From positions 1-52,582 of IMG/VR virus record IMGVR_UViG_3300023284_000581: a DNA stretch of 52,582 nt. One strand, 5' to 3'. The notes below the pieces were generated by a model, which did not search any database, was not told the origin of the DNA, and saw only the letters and a list, made by a program, of their open reading frames with translations. Origin of the DNA: a virus (lineage: Duplodnaviria > Caudoviricetes). Shown piece by piece: positions 36,498 to 45,392 of this stretch; positions within the stretch are counted from its first letter, which is position 1; each line of letters starts with the position of its first letter. The position numbers and the translations under genes are program-made.

Positions 36498-36820
36498 TTT
36501 ACCTCGCAAGCCCATATTCCGACGTTAACCCGGAGGTTCGACAGCAGCGGTTTGAGGCCGCGTGCAAAGCGGCGGCAAGGTTGATGAATGGCGGCCGAAT
36601 CGTGTTCTGCCCTGTGGCGCACAGTCACGGTATAGCTGAATTGGGATTTGCGACTAGAGACTGGGAGTTTTGGCGCGTTCAATCCCTGGCGATGTTGAGG
36701 CTTGCGACTGAGTTGATGGTCTTGAAACTTCCGGGCTGGGACGTAAGCGTTGGCATTAATGCAGAACTTATGCACGCGAAGACGATGGGGATGCCCATTC
36801 GATACATGGAGGCGAAATGA
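36494..36820 (+). CDS. DUF1937 family protein (nucleoside deoxyribosyltransferase-like fold)
   Basis: MIYLASPYS...VFCPVAHSH...LPGWDVSVGINAE. Confidence 0.85.
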   Translation: MIYLASPYSDVNPEVRQQRFEAACKAAARLMNGGRIVFCPVAHSHGIAELGFATRDWEFWRVQSLAMLRLATELMVLKLPGWDVSVGINAELMHAKTMGMPIRYMEAK

Positions 36821-37356
36821 ACGACGCGATCTCCGAAAACGTGATCTGCTGCTCGCTGTACCTGAGCTATCGGTCGGCCTCGTCTGTGACCGCGCCGCGA
36901 TACACCCCGCCCAAATGGTGGGAGTGCGATTTCTTCCGCATTACCAAGGCTGGTTTCTTCTACGAGTATGAGATCAAGCAGACGAGGGAAGATTTCAAAG
37001 CGGACTTCAAGAAGGCCAAGACCGAATGGGGCGAGTGGGACGCTGAGCAGCAGAATTTTGATCACACGAGGCACAACAAGCACAACCTTCTTGAGGCTGG
37101 ATCAGATCGCGGCCCGTCCTACTTTAACTTTGTAGTCCCTGAAAAACTCACCAATAATATTGTCATTCCTGATTACGCGGGCCTGATCACGTTCACTCCG
37201 TCCACAAATCGCAAGCGCGTTTATCTAACCGTGCAGAAGAAAGCGCCGCAACTGCACAAGAACAAGATTAAAGACCCGCAACACGTCTACCGTCAGGCCT
37301 GCGAGCGCCTTGCTTATCGCTATTGGAATCTACTGATCGGGGGGCTGGCACGATGA
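36817..37356 (+). CDS. MmcB-like PD-(D/E)XK nuclease
   Basis: ECDFF...EYEIKQTREDFKADFKK...FNFVVP...PDYAGLI. Confidence 0.75.
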   Translation: MNDAISENVICCSLYLSYRSASSVTAPRYTPPKWWECDFFRITKAGFFYEYEIKQTREDFKADFKKAKTEWGEWDAEQQNFDHTRHNKHNLLEAGSDRGPSYFNFVVPEKLTNNIVIPDYAGLITFTPSTNRKRVYLTVQKKAPQLHKNKIKDPQHVYRQACERLAYRYWNLLIGGLAR

Positions 37357-37793
37357 GCACCTTGTTCGACAACACGCCGCGACCCGAAGGCCTGCAATCG
37401 ATCGCCCCGGTCCCGACCAACTACGGCGCGCCGCACAATGGCTCGGACACCAGCAGGGCGGGGGCGCGGAAGATCAGCAGCGAGCGGATCAACCTGGAGA
37501 CCTACGTGAAGGTCGCGCTGTGGAACGCGGGCCGGTCGGGTCTGACTTTGTGCGAATTGACCGAGGCCGTGACGAAGCGCAGGGGTAAGACCACGAAGGA
37601 GACGAGCTTGACGGGGCGGCTTGACACGTTGAGTGGTTATCGAAAGGACGAAAGCGGTAAGCGAGTGCTCCATCCTGGACTGCGGTGGGTCTACAAAACC
37701 AAGAAGCGGCGCATGGGATCGGCACATATCGAAATCACTGTTTGGATGCACAAGGAATTTTGGACGGCTGATATGGGAGATGACAAATCATGA
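37353..37793 (+). CDS. Putative winged-helix DNA-binding protein
   Basis: DTSRAGA...GLTLCEL...SLTGRLDTL...VW pattern. Confidence 0.55.
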   Translation: MSTLFDNTPRPEGLQSIAPVPTNYGAPHNGSDTSRAGARKISSERINLETYVKVALWNAGRSGLTLCELTEAVTKRRGKTTKETSLTGRLDTLSGYRKDESGKRVLHPGLRWVYKTKKRRMGSAHIEITVWMHKEFWTADMGDDKS

Positions 37794-38308
37794 TGACCAG
37801 CACAGAAAAGTGGATGGCCGTTGATGGCTTTCCGTATGAGGTAAGCAGCCACGGCCGGGTTCGTCGAACCAAGGCAATCGGATGCACTTGGGTTGGTCGG
37901 GTGCGAAAGCTTTGCCAAAATAAATGGGGGTATTTGATAACGCGCTTGTTGGATGGGCCAAAACATCGCACCGTAACGGTTCATATATTGGTTGCCTCGG
38001 CATTCCTGGGCCCGAGGCCGGAGGGCAAGGAGGTCAACCACAAAGACGGGGTGAAGCACAACAATCACGCTTCCAATCTTGAATACGTTACCCGGTCCGA
38101 AAACAACAGCCACGCCTTTTCGTTAGGCCTCAAGTGCGTGGATGGAGAGCGCAATCCCCAGGCGAAAATTACCGAGGGCGACGTTCGGGAAATCAGGAAA
38201 CTTCGCGCTGGTGGAATGAAGAACGTAGACATCGCAAAGAGTTACCCAATTGGCGCAACGATGGTTTCCCAGATTTGCGTTGGCAGAGCTTGGAGTCATG
38301 TTCGATGA
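37790..38308 (+). CDS. NUMOD4-HNH homing endonuclease
   Basis: EKWMAVDGFPYEVSSHGRVR (NUMOD4), VHILVA, VNHKDGVKHNNHASNLEY, C-terminal HTH. Confidence 0.92.
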   Translation: MMTSTEKWMAVDGFPYEVSSHGRVRRTKAIGCTWVGRVRKLCQNKWGYLITRLLDGPKHRTVTVHILVASAFLGPRPEGKEVNHKDGVKHNNHASNLEYVTRSENNSHAFSLGLKCVDGERNPQAKITEGDVREIRKLRAGGMKNVDIAKSYPIGATMVSQICVGRAWSHVR

Positions 38309-38862
38309 AAATCGCCGCGATAGACCCATCCAGCACGGGAATTGGATACGCCTGCGGCACCAGCCCGCGCGACATTCAGAGCGCGCGCCTGTTCAATCGG
38401 CCGGGCGACCACTGGAACATCCGGGTCAAGGCGGCAATCCCGGCGCTGCGCAAGCAGATCCAGGCGGACCGGCCGGACAAGTTCGTGATCGAGGAACCCA
38501 GCGGCCACACGCACGCGCGGGTCGGCAACGCGGGTGGTTGGCTCGCTTACTACGGCTGCGGTGTCGGCGCGATCTGGATGCTCTGCGAACTCTACGCCGG
38601 TATGTGGGGGCTCGGGCCCAATGCGATCGAGCTCATCAACGCGAACGACTGGACCCGGCACTTCCGCGCACCGAAGAAGAACAAGGCGATGGGGGATCTG
38701 TTCGGCGGCAAATCGAGCGATCCGAAGGCAATGCGGCGCCTGCACGCGCGGCAGACCTATCCGAGGTACGTGACGTTCGACGATCCGAAAGCGGACCTGG
38801 CGGATGCGATTTGTTTGTTGGACTGGTGGTTTACCGAGCAACGGGTTAGGAGTTTGAAATGA
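38305..38862 (+). CDS. RuvC-like Holliday junction resolvase
   Basis: MKIAAIDPSSTGIGYA, FVIEEP and DLADAICL catalytic acidic residues. Confidence 0.8.
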   Translation: MKIAAIDPSSTGIGYACGTSPRDIQSARLFNRPGDHWNIRVKAAIPALRKQIQADRPDKFVIEEPSGHTHARVGNAGGWLAYYGCGVGAIWMLCELYAGMWGLGPNAIELINANDWTRHFRAPKKNKAMGDLFGGKSSDPKAMRRLHARQTYPRYVTFDDPKADLADAICLLDWWFTEQRVRSLK

Positions 38863-39203
38863 GCAGCTTTGCCGACGCGATCATCCAGGGAACGCCACCA
38901 GCGGACGGACGCAACTGGGAATGCCAGTGCGCTCGCTGCGGATCGTCGGCTGACTGGATTGATTGCTGGGCATGCGTTGACGGGATGGCCGGGCACGACT
39001 GCGGTGAAGATTGCTGTATGTGCTTGCGCCCGGAGGAGAACGTTATTTGTGAAATTTGCGGCGGTAATGGTGGCGGGTGGCGCTGCTTGGCCGCGCTAAT
39101 TTATTGCGAAGAGAACCCGATGGATGGGCGCGAGCAGATTGTGCGCGGGGCTATCGAGTGGTTTACGGTTGAAAGGAATGAACGTGAGCAAGACATCAAT
39201 TGA
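38859..39203 (+). CDS. Cys-rich zinc-finger protein
   Basis: CARC, CWACVDG, CGEDCCMC and CEICGGNGG. Confidence 0.65.
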   Translation: MSSFADAIIQGTPPADGRNWECQCARCGSSADWIDCWACVDGMAGHDCGEDCCMCLRPEENVICEICGGNGGGWRCLAALIYCEENPMDGREQIVRGAIEWFTVERNEREQDIN

Positions 39204-40209
39204 ATGGACGACCGATAGTTGGAATCCGATCCGCGCACGCCGCAAGGATACGGGCAAGATCGGCTGGCATTGCGAGCGAGTGAGCGATGGCTGTAAAAAC
39301 TGCTACGCCGCGACGTTCAACCAGCGCATGCTGCCCAACGGCGGGACCGGTCTGGATTACACCAGGCAGAAGCGCGACGAGGTTGAGATTTACCTGGACG
39401 AAGAGGTCTTGTTACAGCCGCTCGGGTGGAAGAAACCGCGCAAGGTCTTCGTCTGCTCGATGACTGATCTGTTCGGCGAGTTCGTTCCGTTTGAATTGGT
39501 CGATCACGTAATGGCCGTGATGGCGCTTTGCCCCGAGCATACGTTTCAGGTGTTGACCAAGCGGCCGGAGCGGTCGGTGGAGCATCTGAAGAAACGAGTC
39601 GCCGATGGCTGGGACACGCCCACTGGAAACTTCCATGACACCGTTGAAGCGAACATGACCGATGGATTTTTCAAAGCGTACAACGGGGTATTCAACAAGG
39701 GCGGTGACGAATACCACAGCAACGGAACGTACTTGGGAACCAGCCCCGGCTATGTCGAACATGAGATGCCGAACATATTGCCCAACGTCCAGATCGGCAC
39801 GTCGGCCGAAGATCAACCGACGATCAATGAACGGGCTGTCCACCTACGCGAGTTGTCCAACGCCGGTTGGTTCACCTGGTTCAGCCTCGAACCGTTGATC
39901 GATCAGATCCACTTGCCCGATCAGTGCTACCACGATCCGGATGTTGCCGCGTCGTGCTGGATTGACTGGATCGTTGTCGGCGGCGAGTCCGGCCGGCCGC
40001 GGCCGTGCAACATCGATTGGATCCGTTCGATCGTCCAGCAGTGCCGGGCCGCTGGCGTTCCAGTTTTCGTCAAGCAGCTCGGGACGATTTCGCGCAGAGT
40101 CTCGGGCGGTGTGACCCGTGATGTTCGGATGAAGAAGAAGGGCGGCCAGCTTAAAGACTTCCCGGCCGATCTCCGCGTCCGCGAATTTCCAAAGGCGGTG
40201 AGGATATGA
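39178..40209 (+). CDS. DUF5131 / phage gp37-gp68 family (radical-SAM-like)
   Basis: TSIEWT..SWNP, CERVSDGCKNCYA, VFVCSMTDLF, FQVLTKRP, SLEPL, WIVVGGESG and VPVFVKQLG motifs. Confidence 0.92.
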   Translation: MNVSKTSIEWTTDSWNPIRARRKDTGKIGWHCERVSDGCKNCYAATFNQRMLPNGGTGLDYTRQKRDEVEIYLDEEVLLQPLGWKKPRKVFVCSMTDLFGEFVPFELVDHVMAVMALCPEHTFQVLTKRPERSVEHLKKRVADGWDTPTGNFHDTVEANMTDGFFKAYNGVFNKGGDEYHSNGTYLGTSPGYVEHEMPNILPNVQIGTSAEDQPTINERAVHLRELSNAGWFTWFSLEPLIDQIHLPDQCYHDPDVAASCWIDWIVVGGESGRPRPCNIDWIRSIVQQCRAAGVPVFVKQLGTISRRVSGGVTRDVRMKKKGGQLKDFPADLRVREFPKAVRI

Positions 40210-41888
40210 GCAATAAACCATGCCCCAAGTGCGGCACGTTTTCGATGACGGAAGCCGAATGCGAGCAGGGCGTTTGTTACGACTGTCGGCGGAAGGCCCC
40301 CGCGCCCGCCGAAACGACCGAGCAAGCGTATGGCATAAAGCTGGCCGAACTGGCCGATGCCCACCACGAATTGGCAAACGATTACGAGCGCGCCGGATTC
40401 ATCGATGGAACCGTTGCTCTTCGGAAAGTCGAGAACCTGCTGTACGCGATTCTGCAAGGCCGGGAGGCCGTGGCCATTCTGCCGCCGCTTGCTGAGGTAG
40501 ACCCCACGCCCAGCGAACTAAAGCCGTGCCCGTTTTGCGGCGGCGAAGCAGCGGACCCATGTGAAGATGGCGACCTTAACATTGGCGACGGGTGGCTGGT
40601 CTCCTGCGAGGCGTGTGGCGCTAACGTTGGCAGTTTCATTTGCATGGACGGCAGCACTGAGCCCGAAGAACTGCGGGCTAGCGCCATCGCCGCATGGAAC
40701 ACTCGCAATGAATTGGGGGGCGATAAGCAGGTGCCCATAGCGGTTCAAGCCGCTGGGTCTGTAGAGCACCACCCATCGACCATTCCAAGGTCATCGGGTT
40801 ATCAGACTCCGCCTGTCCGCCCCACCCCCGCGCCCGCCGATGCGGCTGTTGCTGAACAGTTGCGAGCGACCGCCGAATGTTTTGCAGCACTTGAGTTGTC
40901 GCAGAACACCACCGTTCAGGCGGTAGGCATCGAATGCGGCGAACATCTGGAAAAGCTCACCGCCATCTTGGCGAAGCAGGTTACCCAGCCCGCCGATGCG
41001 GCAGAAGTAGTCGGCCTAATTGTCACCGGCAAGGATGGTGAGTTTAGTTGGGACGACAACATTTGGGACGCGAATGATCGCGACGGCGCTCAAGAAATAT
41101 TAGACGAGTTGGATGCAAATCGCCCGCAGGATGGTCCGCACCAAATCATCGAGTTTTACAGCAGGCCGTCACAACCCAGCGAGAGCCTCCGCACCGCTGC
41201 CGACATTGAAGCGGAAACACCGATTGCTGTTGGCGCAACCACCCAGCCCACCCCCGCCGCGCGCGATGCGGCAGCGGTGGCAGAAGCTATCACGACCATT
41301 GAAAACGGTGCGTGGTTTAGCGGAGACTGCGCGGCGATTAAGGAAGCGTGGGTAGTTATCACCGCCATCCTCGCCACCCCCGCGCCCGCCAGCGCGGCAG
41401 CGGTGGACGAAAATGTAGCTGGACAAATCGTAACGCAGATGACGACGTATCGGTCGGATGATCGCAAGGCAAATGTGGCGCTCGTTGCCGCGATGCTTAC
41501 CGGTTACCGTTCCGCCATCTTGAATAAGCACGCCACCGACAGCGCGGGGCGGGTTGAACAAATCGATGCCATGCTGGACGGATTGCTCGGTGTGTTTGCC
41601 GCCGCGGGTTTTCCTGAACCAATCGAAGGGTTCAAGGAGCGCCCGCAGGACGTTAAGCATTGCGTTCGTGATGCGCTGAAAGAACTCGCCGACCTGCGGG
41701 GGCGATGCGAGTGGCTGGAGGGGGGTTATGAAAAGTCCAAGAAAGTGTCGGCGGGGCTCATCCGCATGATGGCGGAAGACATCGCTAAAGCAAGGGGCGT
41801 CAATCTCGCAAAGGTACTTACCCAATACGAGGAAGCCGCCCTTGCACTCCTGCCCGGCGGCGCGAAGGAGCCCACCGATGCCACTTAG
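40206..41888 (+). CDS. Mosaic protein containing a Lar-type (restriction alleviation) zinc ribbon
   Basis: ELKPCPFCGG...VSCEACGA...AIAAWNTR; modules separated by PAPADAAV-like linkers. Confidence 0.7.
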   Translation: MSNKPCPKCGTFSMTEAECEQGVCYDCRRKAPAPAETTEQAYGIKLAELADAHHELANDYERAGFIDGTVALRKVENLLYAILQGREAVAILPPLAEVDPTPSELKPCPFCGGEAADPCEDGDLNIGDGWLVSCEACGANVGSFICMDGSTEPEELRASAIAAWNTRNELGGDKQVPIAVQAAGSVEHHPSTIPRSSGYQTPPVRPTPAPADAAVAEQLRATAECFAALELSQNTTVQAVGIECGEHLEKLTAILAKQVTQPADAAEVVGLIVTGKDGEFSWDDNIWDANDRDGAQEILDELDANRPQDGPHQIIEFYSRPSQPSESLRTAADIEAETPIAVGATTQPTPAARDAAAVAEAITTIENGAWFSGDCAAIKEAWVVITAILATPAPASAAAVDENVAGQIVTQMTTYRSDDRKANVALVAAMLTGYRSAILNKHATDSAGRVEQIDAMLDGLLGVFAAAGFPEPIEGFKERPQDVKHCVRDALKELADLRGRCEWLEGGYEKSKKVSAGLIRMMAEDIAKARGVNLAKVLTQYEEAALALLPGGAKEPTDAT

Positions 41889-41970
41889 TCCTCTCGAAGC
41901 CATCACGATCCTGCTGGTCGCGTGTTGGGGGCTGATCTGCAGGTTATCCACACGGCGCCGGCGCCGCTGA
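41878..41970 (+). CDS. Putative 30 aa membrane peptide
   Basis: AAGGAG SD; MPLSPLEAITILLVACWGLICRLSTRRRRR (hydrophobic core, poly-Arg tail). Confidence 0.45.
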   Translation: MPLSPLEAITILLVACWGLICRLSTRRRRR

Positions 41971-41985
41971 TCCGACTTATCCACA
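41944..41985. promoter_or_regulatory. Two perfect DnaA boxes directly upstream of integrase
   Basis: TTATCCACA at 41944-41952 and 41977-41985; integrase ATG at 41987. Confidence 0.55.
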
Positions 41986-41986
41986 A

Positions 41987-43240
41987 ATGAGCCAAGCAAC
42001 GATCCAACCCGAGAACATGATGGACGCGGTAAAAATCGCCGCGGCCCGCATGGGTATGGTGCCGTCCCGAAAGGGAGGCAATGTCTTGAGCGCACCGAAA
42101 GAGCGAACGGATCGGCCCGGCACCTGGTACTACAGCTACAAGGATCATCGCGGTCGGTGGCGCAAGAAGTCGGGGTTCGCGTCCGACGGCGCCGCCTGGG
42201 CCGACAAGATCGTTACGGAGTCCGCGCTGCAGAACGTCAAGCTTGGTCTCGAGACACCCGAGCAATACGAGCAGGCGCGCGATATGGCGATCCCGCTGAT
42301 CGATCTGGCTGGGCGCAAGCACAATCTGGAGATCGACCAGGGTAAGCGCCGGGGCGATCGCAAGGATGACGATCTTCTTATCCAGTTCCGTGACCACATG
42401 ACGGGCGAGGGCCGGAGCCGGATGCACGTCCGCTGGTTCACCCGGTACGCCGAGGACATGATCACGACCTGCCGGTTCAAGAGCCTGGGGGACATTGAAC
42501 CCAACGAGGTCGATAAGCAACTCGCCAGGCGGATCCAGAACGGCGCCAGCTTCGCGACCCGCAACCGCTATCTATCAGCCATCAAGGCGTTCGTGAACTG
42601 GGCGGTCGAGCGCCGGATGCTCCAGGCCAACCCGCTCAAGTGCCTGCACAAGCTCAATGAACGGAAAGACCCACGCCGGCCGAACCGGGCGCTGACCGAG
42701 GATCAGTTCGAGAGCCTGATCGCCACGGCGCCAGCCCGTTACCGCGTTTTCTACATGGTTTCAGCGTTGACCGGTGGGCGCTGGTCCGAGATCGCCCGGC
42801 TGGAATGGCAGCATGTGGACTTCGATCGCCGCGAAATCTACTACGCGCCTAACATCACCAAGACGGGCGAACCCGGTACGGTATCGATGAACCGCGAACT
42901 TACCCGGGCTCTTAGGGAATTTCGGCCAGTGGGTGCCAGCCTGGGCGACAAGATATTCGGCAATCAGCCCCAGCTACTGACCTGGAAGAAACACCTGAAA
43001 ACTGCGGGCATTCCGCACCAGGACGGCGCGGGCCGAATCGCCGATCGCAAGTGCCTGCGGAGTTCGTTCGCGTCATGGCTGATCGCAAAGGGCGTGCTCC
43101 CGCGCGAGCTACAGATCCTGATGCGCCACGCGGACATCAGTACGACAATGCGTTACTACTCAGATCCCACGCTGGTCGATACCGCGTCGGCCGTCCAGTT
43201 GCTGGGCAAGAAGGTCAAGAAGAAGAAAGGGGTGGCGTAG
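41987..43240 (+). CDS. int: Tyrosine integrase
   Basis: TGGRWSEI (R), KTG (K), KCLRSSFAS (R), MRHADISTTMRYY (H, Y); arm-binding and SAM-like domains; attP downstream. Confidence 0.93.
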   Translation: MSQATIQPENMMDAVKIAAARMGMVPSRKGGNVLSAPKERTDRPGTWYYSYKDHRGRWRKKSGFASDGAAWADKIVTESALQNVKLGLETPEQYEQARDMAIPLIDLAGRKHNLEIDQGKRRGDRKDDDLLIQFRDHMTGEGRSRMHVRWFTRYAEDMITTCRFKSLGDIEPNEVDKQLARRIQNGASFATRNRYLSAIKAFVNWAVERRMLQANPLKCLHKLNERKDPRRPNRALTEDQFESLIATAPARYRVFYMVSALTGGRWSEIARLEWQHVDFDRREIYYAPNITKTGEPGTVSMNRELTRALREFRPVGASLGDKIFGNQPQLLTWKKHLKTAGIPHQDGAGRIADRKCLRSSFASWLIAKGVLPRELQILMRHADISTTMRYYSDPTLVDTASAVQLLGKKVKKKKGVA

Positions 43241-43504
43241 ATGGGGTGTGGCCACGGACCATCGGTAAAACTTGAACTCTGCTGGAACTGCCGTGAAATC
43301 GAGGGTCACATGGGCTCGACTGAATGGGGTCACGGATTCTATTGCTGCTCCGATGCCTGCGGGATGCGCCTCGGCCATAAGATACGGCACGGGATGTTGA
43401 CCACCGAGCAGGCTAATCAGTTGGGCTTTACGTACAAGACGCCAGAATGGTATCTGCGAGTGCAGATTAGATGGCTGAAATACCTTTTGAAGTATGACGG
43501 TTGA
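43241..43504 (+). CDS. Hypothetical Cys-containing protein
   Basis: Starts directly after the int stop; CWNC...YCCSDAC. Confidence 0.45.
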   Translation: MGCGHGPSVKLELCWNCREIEGHMGSTEWGHGFYCCSDACGMRLGHKIRHGMLTTEQANQLGFTYKTPEWYLRVQIRWLKYLLKYDG

Positions 43505-43511
43505 TAATAAT

Positions 43512-43738
<227 letters not shown>

Positions 43739-43746
43739 GGATAGCC

Positions 43747-43992
43747 ATGAAATGCGCCTGCGAAACCCGATGGCAGATCAATGTCGGCGATAAGCGCGGC
43801 TGGTTCATCGTGCCGGCACAGATCGCGGCGCAGGCTCTGGTGCAGGTCAAAGCGGATGTTCAGTTGATTTCCGTCTCGATGTCGATGCTCCGGCCGATAG
43901 CTGTTCCAGGCGTGATCTACCGGGGCGACGATGAGTACGTGGCGAAGGTCTGCCGGGTGTGCGGGTATCCGACCAGGATGGAGAAAGTCTGA
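43747..43992 (+). CDS. Hypothetical Cys-motif protein
   Basis: AAGGA SD; CAC...CRVCG. Confidence 0.5.
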   Translation: MKCACETRWQINVGDKRGWFIVPAQIAAQALVQVKADVQLISVSMSMLRPIAVPGVIYRGDDEYVAKVCRVCGYPTRMEKV

Positions 43993-44246
43993 TGGATGAG
44001 CCGAATCTATTTGGACCGACCACCAAGGACGGCAAGCGTATCAGGGATATGTTGTTTGACCCCGTTTATTGCCATGAAGGCGGCGAGGATCTGGAATCGA
44101 GTGTGATCGAGTTCGATTTGGCTGGCAACGGCATCTGGACAGCTATGTTCTACGCGCCTGACGTTATTGAGAACGGTGACCTTTTTGTGCCAGTGGCTGA
44201 ATGCTACTCGACAAAGGACGCACTTAACGCGCTGGAGAACCAATAG
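43992..44246 (+). CDS. Hypothetical acidic protein
   Basis: TGATG coupling. Confidence 0.5.
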   Translation: MDEPNLFGPTTKDGKRIRDMLFDPVYCHEGGEDLESSVIEFDLAGNGIWTAMFYAPDVIENGDLFVPVAECYSTKDALNALENQ

Positions 44247-44265
44247 CGCGTGATAGAATGCTCAC

Positions 44266-44631
44266 ATGGACAAGCTGCCCGACGACTGGCTGACGCAACT
44301 GCTGGGCGGATTGCCGCCGGAGTACGCGGCGCTGGTGCTCCTGGCCCTGATCGCGCTGGCGGCGTGGATCGCATACCTGGTGATCGGGAAGAAGAAGAGC
44401 AAGAACAACGAGGACCAAGCTTTACGCGAGATCCACGAGAAGAAGACCATGCCGGACTTCATCCGCGACACGTCGAGCCTGATGGTCGATCATGGCAACA
44501 CGAAGCGGCGTGTAAATAAACAAGGCGCCAACGTCGATTGGCATCATGACCGGATCGCACAGATCGAATTTAAGCTGGGTTTGAAGCCGCCACGGATGCG
44601 ACGGGAGATTGAGGACGAGTCGGACGGGTAA
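44266..44631 (+). CDS. Single-TM membrane protein, holin/antiholin-like
   Basis: TM segment YAALVLLALIALAAWIAYLVI followed by GKKK and a charged soluble domain; extended -10 TGaTAGAAT 6 nt upstream of the ATG. Confidence 0.65.
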   Translation: MDKLPDDWLTQLLGGLPPEYAALVLLALIALAAWIAYLVIGKKKSKNNEDQALREIHEKKTMPDFIRDTSSLMVDHGNTKRRVNKQGANVDWHHDRIAQIEFKLGLKPPRMRREIEDESDG

Positions 44632-44649
44632 TTGAGGTATAATCGGGCG

Positions 44650-44805
44650 ATGGACAAGAAGGGCAACATGAAGATAATCCAACTGAAGCCAAGCGAACAG
44701 GCACTGGAATTCGCCCAGTGGATGCGGCGCGTCCGCGAATTGGAGAAGCAAATGTTTCGATCATTTCTCTTGACCGAAGATCAGATTAAACGCCCTAACC
44801 ATTGA
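44650..44805 (+). CDS. Small hypothetical protein (51 aa), probable leaderless gene
   Basis: TATAAT 44638-44643, 6 nt, then ATG; MDKKGNMKIIQLKPSEQALEFAQWMRRVRELEKQMFRSFLLTEDQIKRPNH. Confidence 0.5.
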   Translation: MDKKGNMKIIQLKPSEQALEFAQWMRRVRELEKQMFRSFLLTEDQIKRPNH

Positions 44806-44890
44806 CATCCATCCCGCGCGCTCTGTACGATTCAGACGTGTAGCACCGGCAGGGAGACCTGCCCATGATGTCAATACGCCGGTGCTACAC
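44802..44890 (+). promoter_or_regulatory. Promoter TTGACA-18-TACGAT followed by a 13-bp stem enclosing the SD and start codon
   Basis: GTGTAGCACCGGC (44838-44850) / GCCGGTGCTACAC (44878-44890) perfect inverted repeat; inner GGCAGG-GAGA-CCTGCC hairpin. Confidence 0.75.
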
Positions 44891-45308
44891 AACACCGCAC
44901 AAGAACCATCGCGTCAATCTACTCGGCGCGGTGGTTCTTTTTACTTCAATTCTGACCAGCTGCTCGACCTTGACCGTCTACGATTATGCCGAGGCCGGCA
45001 CGGTCATAGCGCTGGTATCGACCCGGGCCACCGTCGATGAGGCGCAGCAGGTCAAGGATCTGGCCGCCGAGCTTGAAGCGGTCGCCCATCTTGATCGCGC
45101 CGCCATCGAGAAGGTCTACGACAGCGGGGTCGCGCGGATCCGCAACGACAAGCTGCGCCTCGCGCTCGAAAAGCTCAAGCCCAAGCTGATCAGCCAGATC
45201 GTCAAGCTCGCTCAGCGCAACCCGCTGGTGCAGATCCGCGTCCATGTTGTTGAGGCCGCCCAGGGAATTCAAAGCGGCTGCACGATCTATATCACGGCGA
45301 AAAGTTAA
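44865..45308 (+). CDS. Lipoprotein (helical)
   Basis: Basic N-region, hydrophobic LLGAVVLFTSI, lipobox LTSC. Confidence 0.72.
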   Translation: MMSIRRCYTTPHKNHRVNLLGAVVLFTSILTSCSTLTVYDYAEAGTVIALVSTRATVDEAQQVKDLAAELEAVAHLDRAAIEKVYDSGVARIRNDKLRLALEKLKPKLISQIVKLAQRNPLVQIRVHVVEAAQGIQSGCTIYITAKS

Positions 45309-45313
45309 ACGAT

Positions 45314-45387
45314 TGCAGTGTGGAGAAGCGGTCTATCTCGTCGCGCTCATAACGCGAATGTCGCAGGTTCGAATCCTGTCACTGCTA
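45314..45387 (+). tRNA. tRNA-Met(CAT), initiator-like
   Basis: TGCAGTG/CACTGCT acceptor with 1:72 mismatch, D stem GAGA/TCTC (A11-U24), anticodon arm TCGCG-CTCATAA-CGCGA, T arm GCAGG-TTCGAAT-CCTGT; CCA not encoded. Confidence 0.92.
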
Positions 45388-45392
45388 TTCCG

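Noticed and set aside
45318-45392. N-terminal extension of the lipase given in the ORF track
   Set aside because: It is the translated tRNA-Met; the real start is likely ATG 45393.
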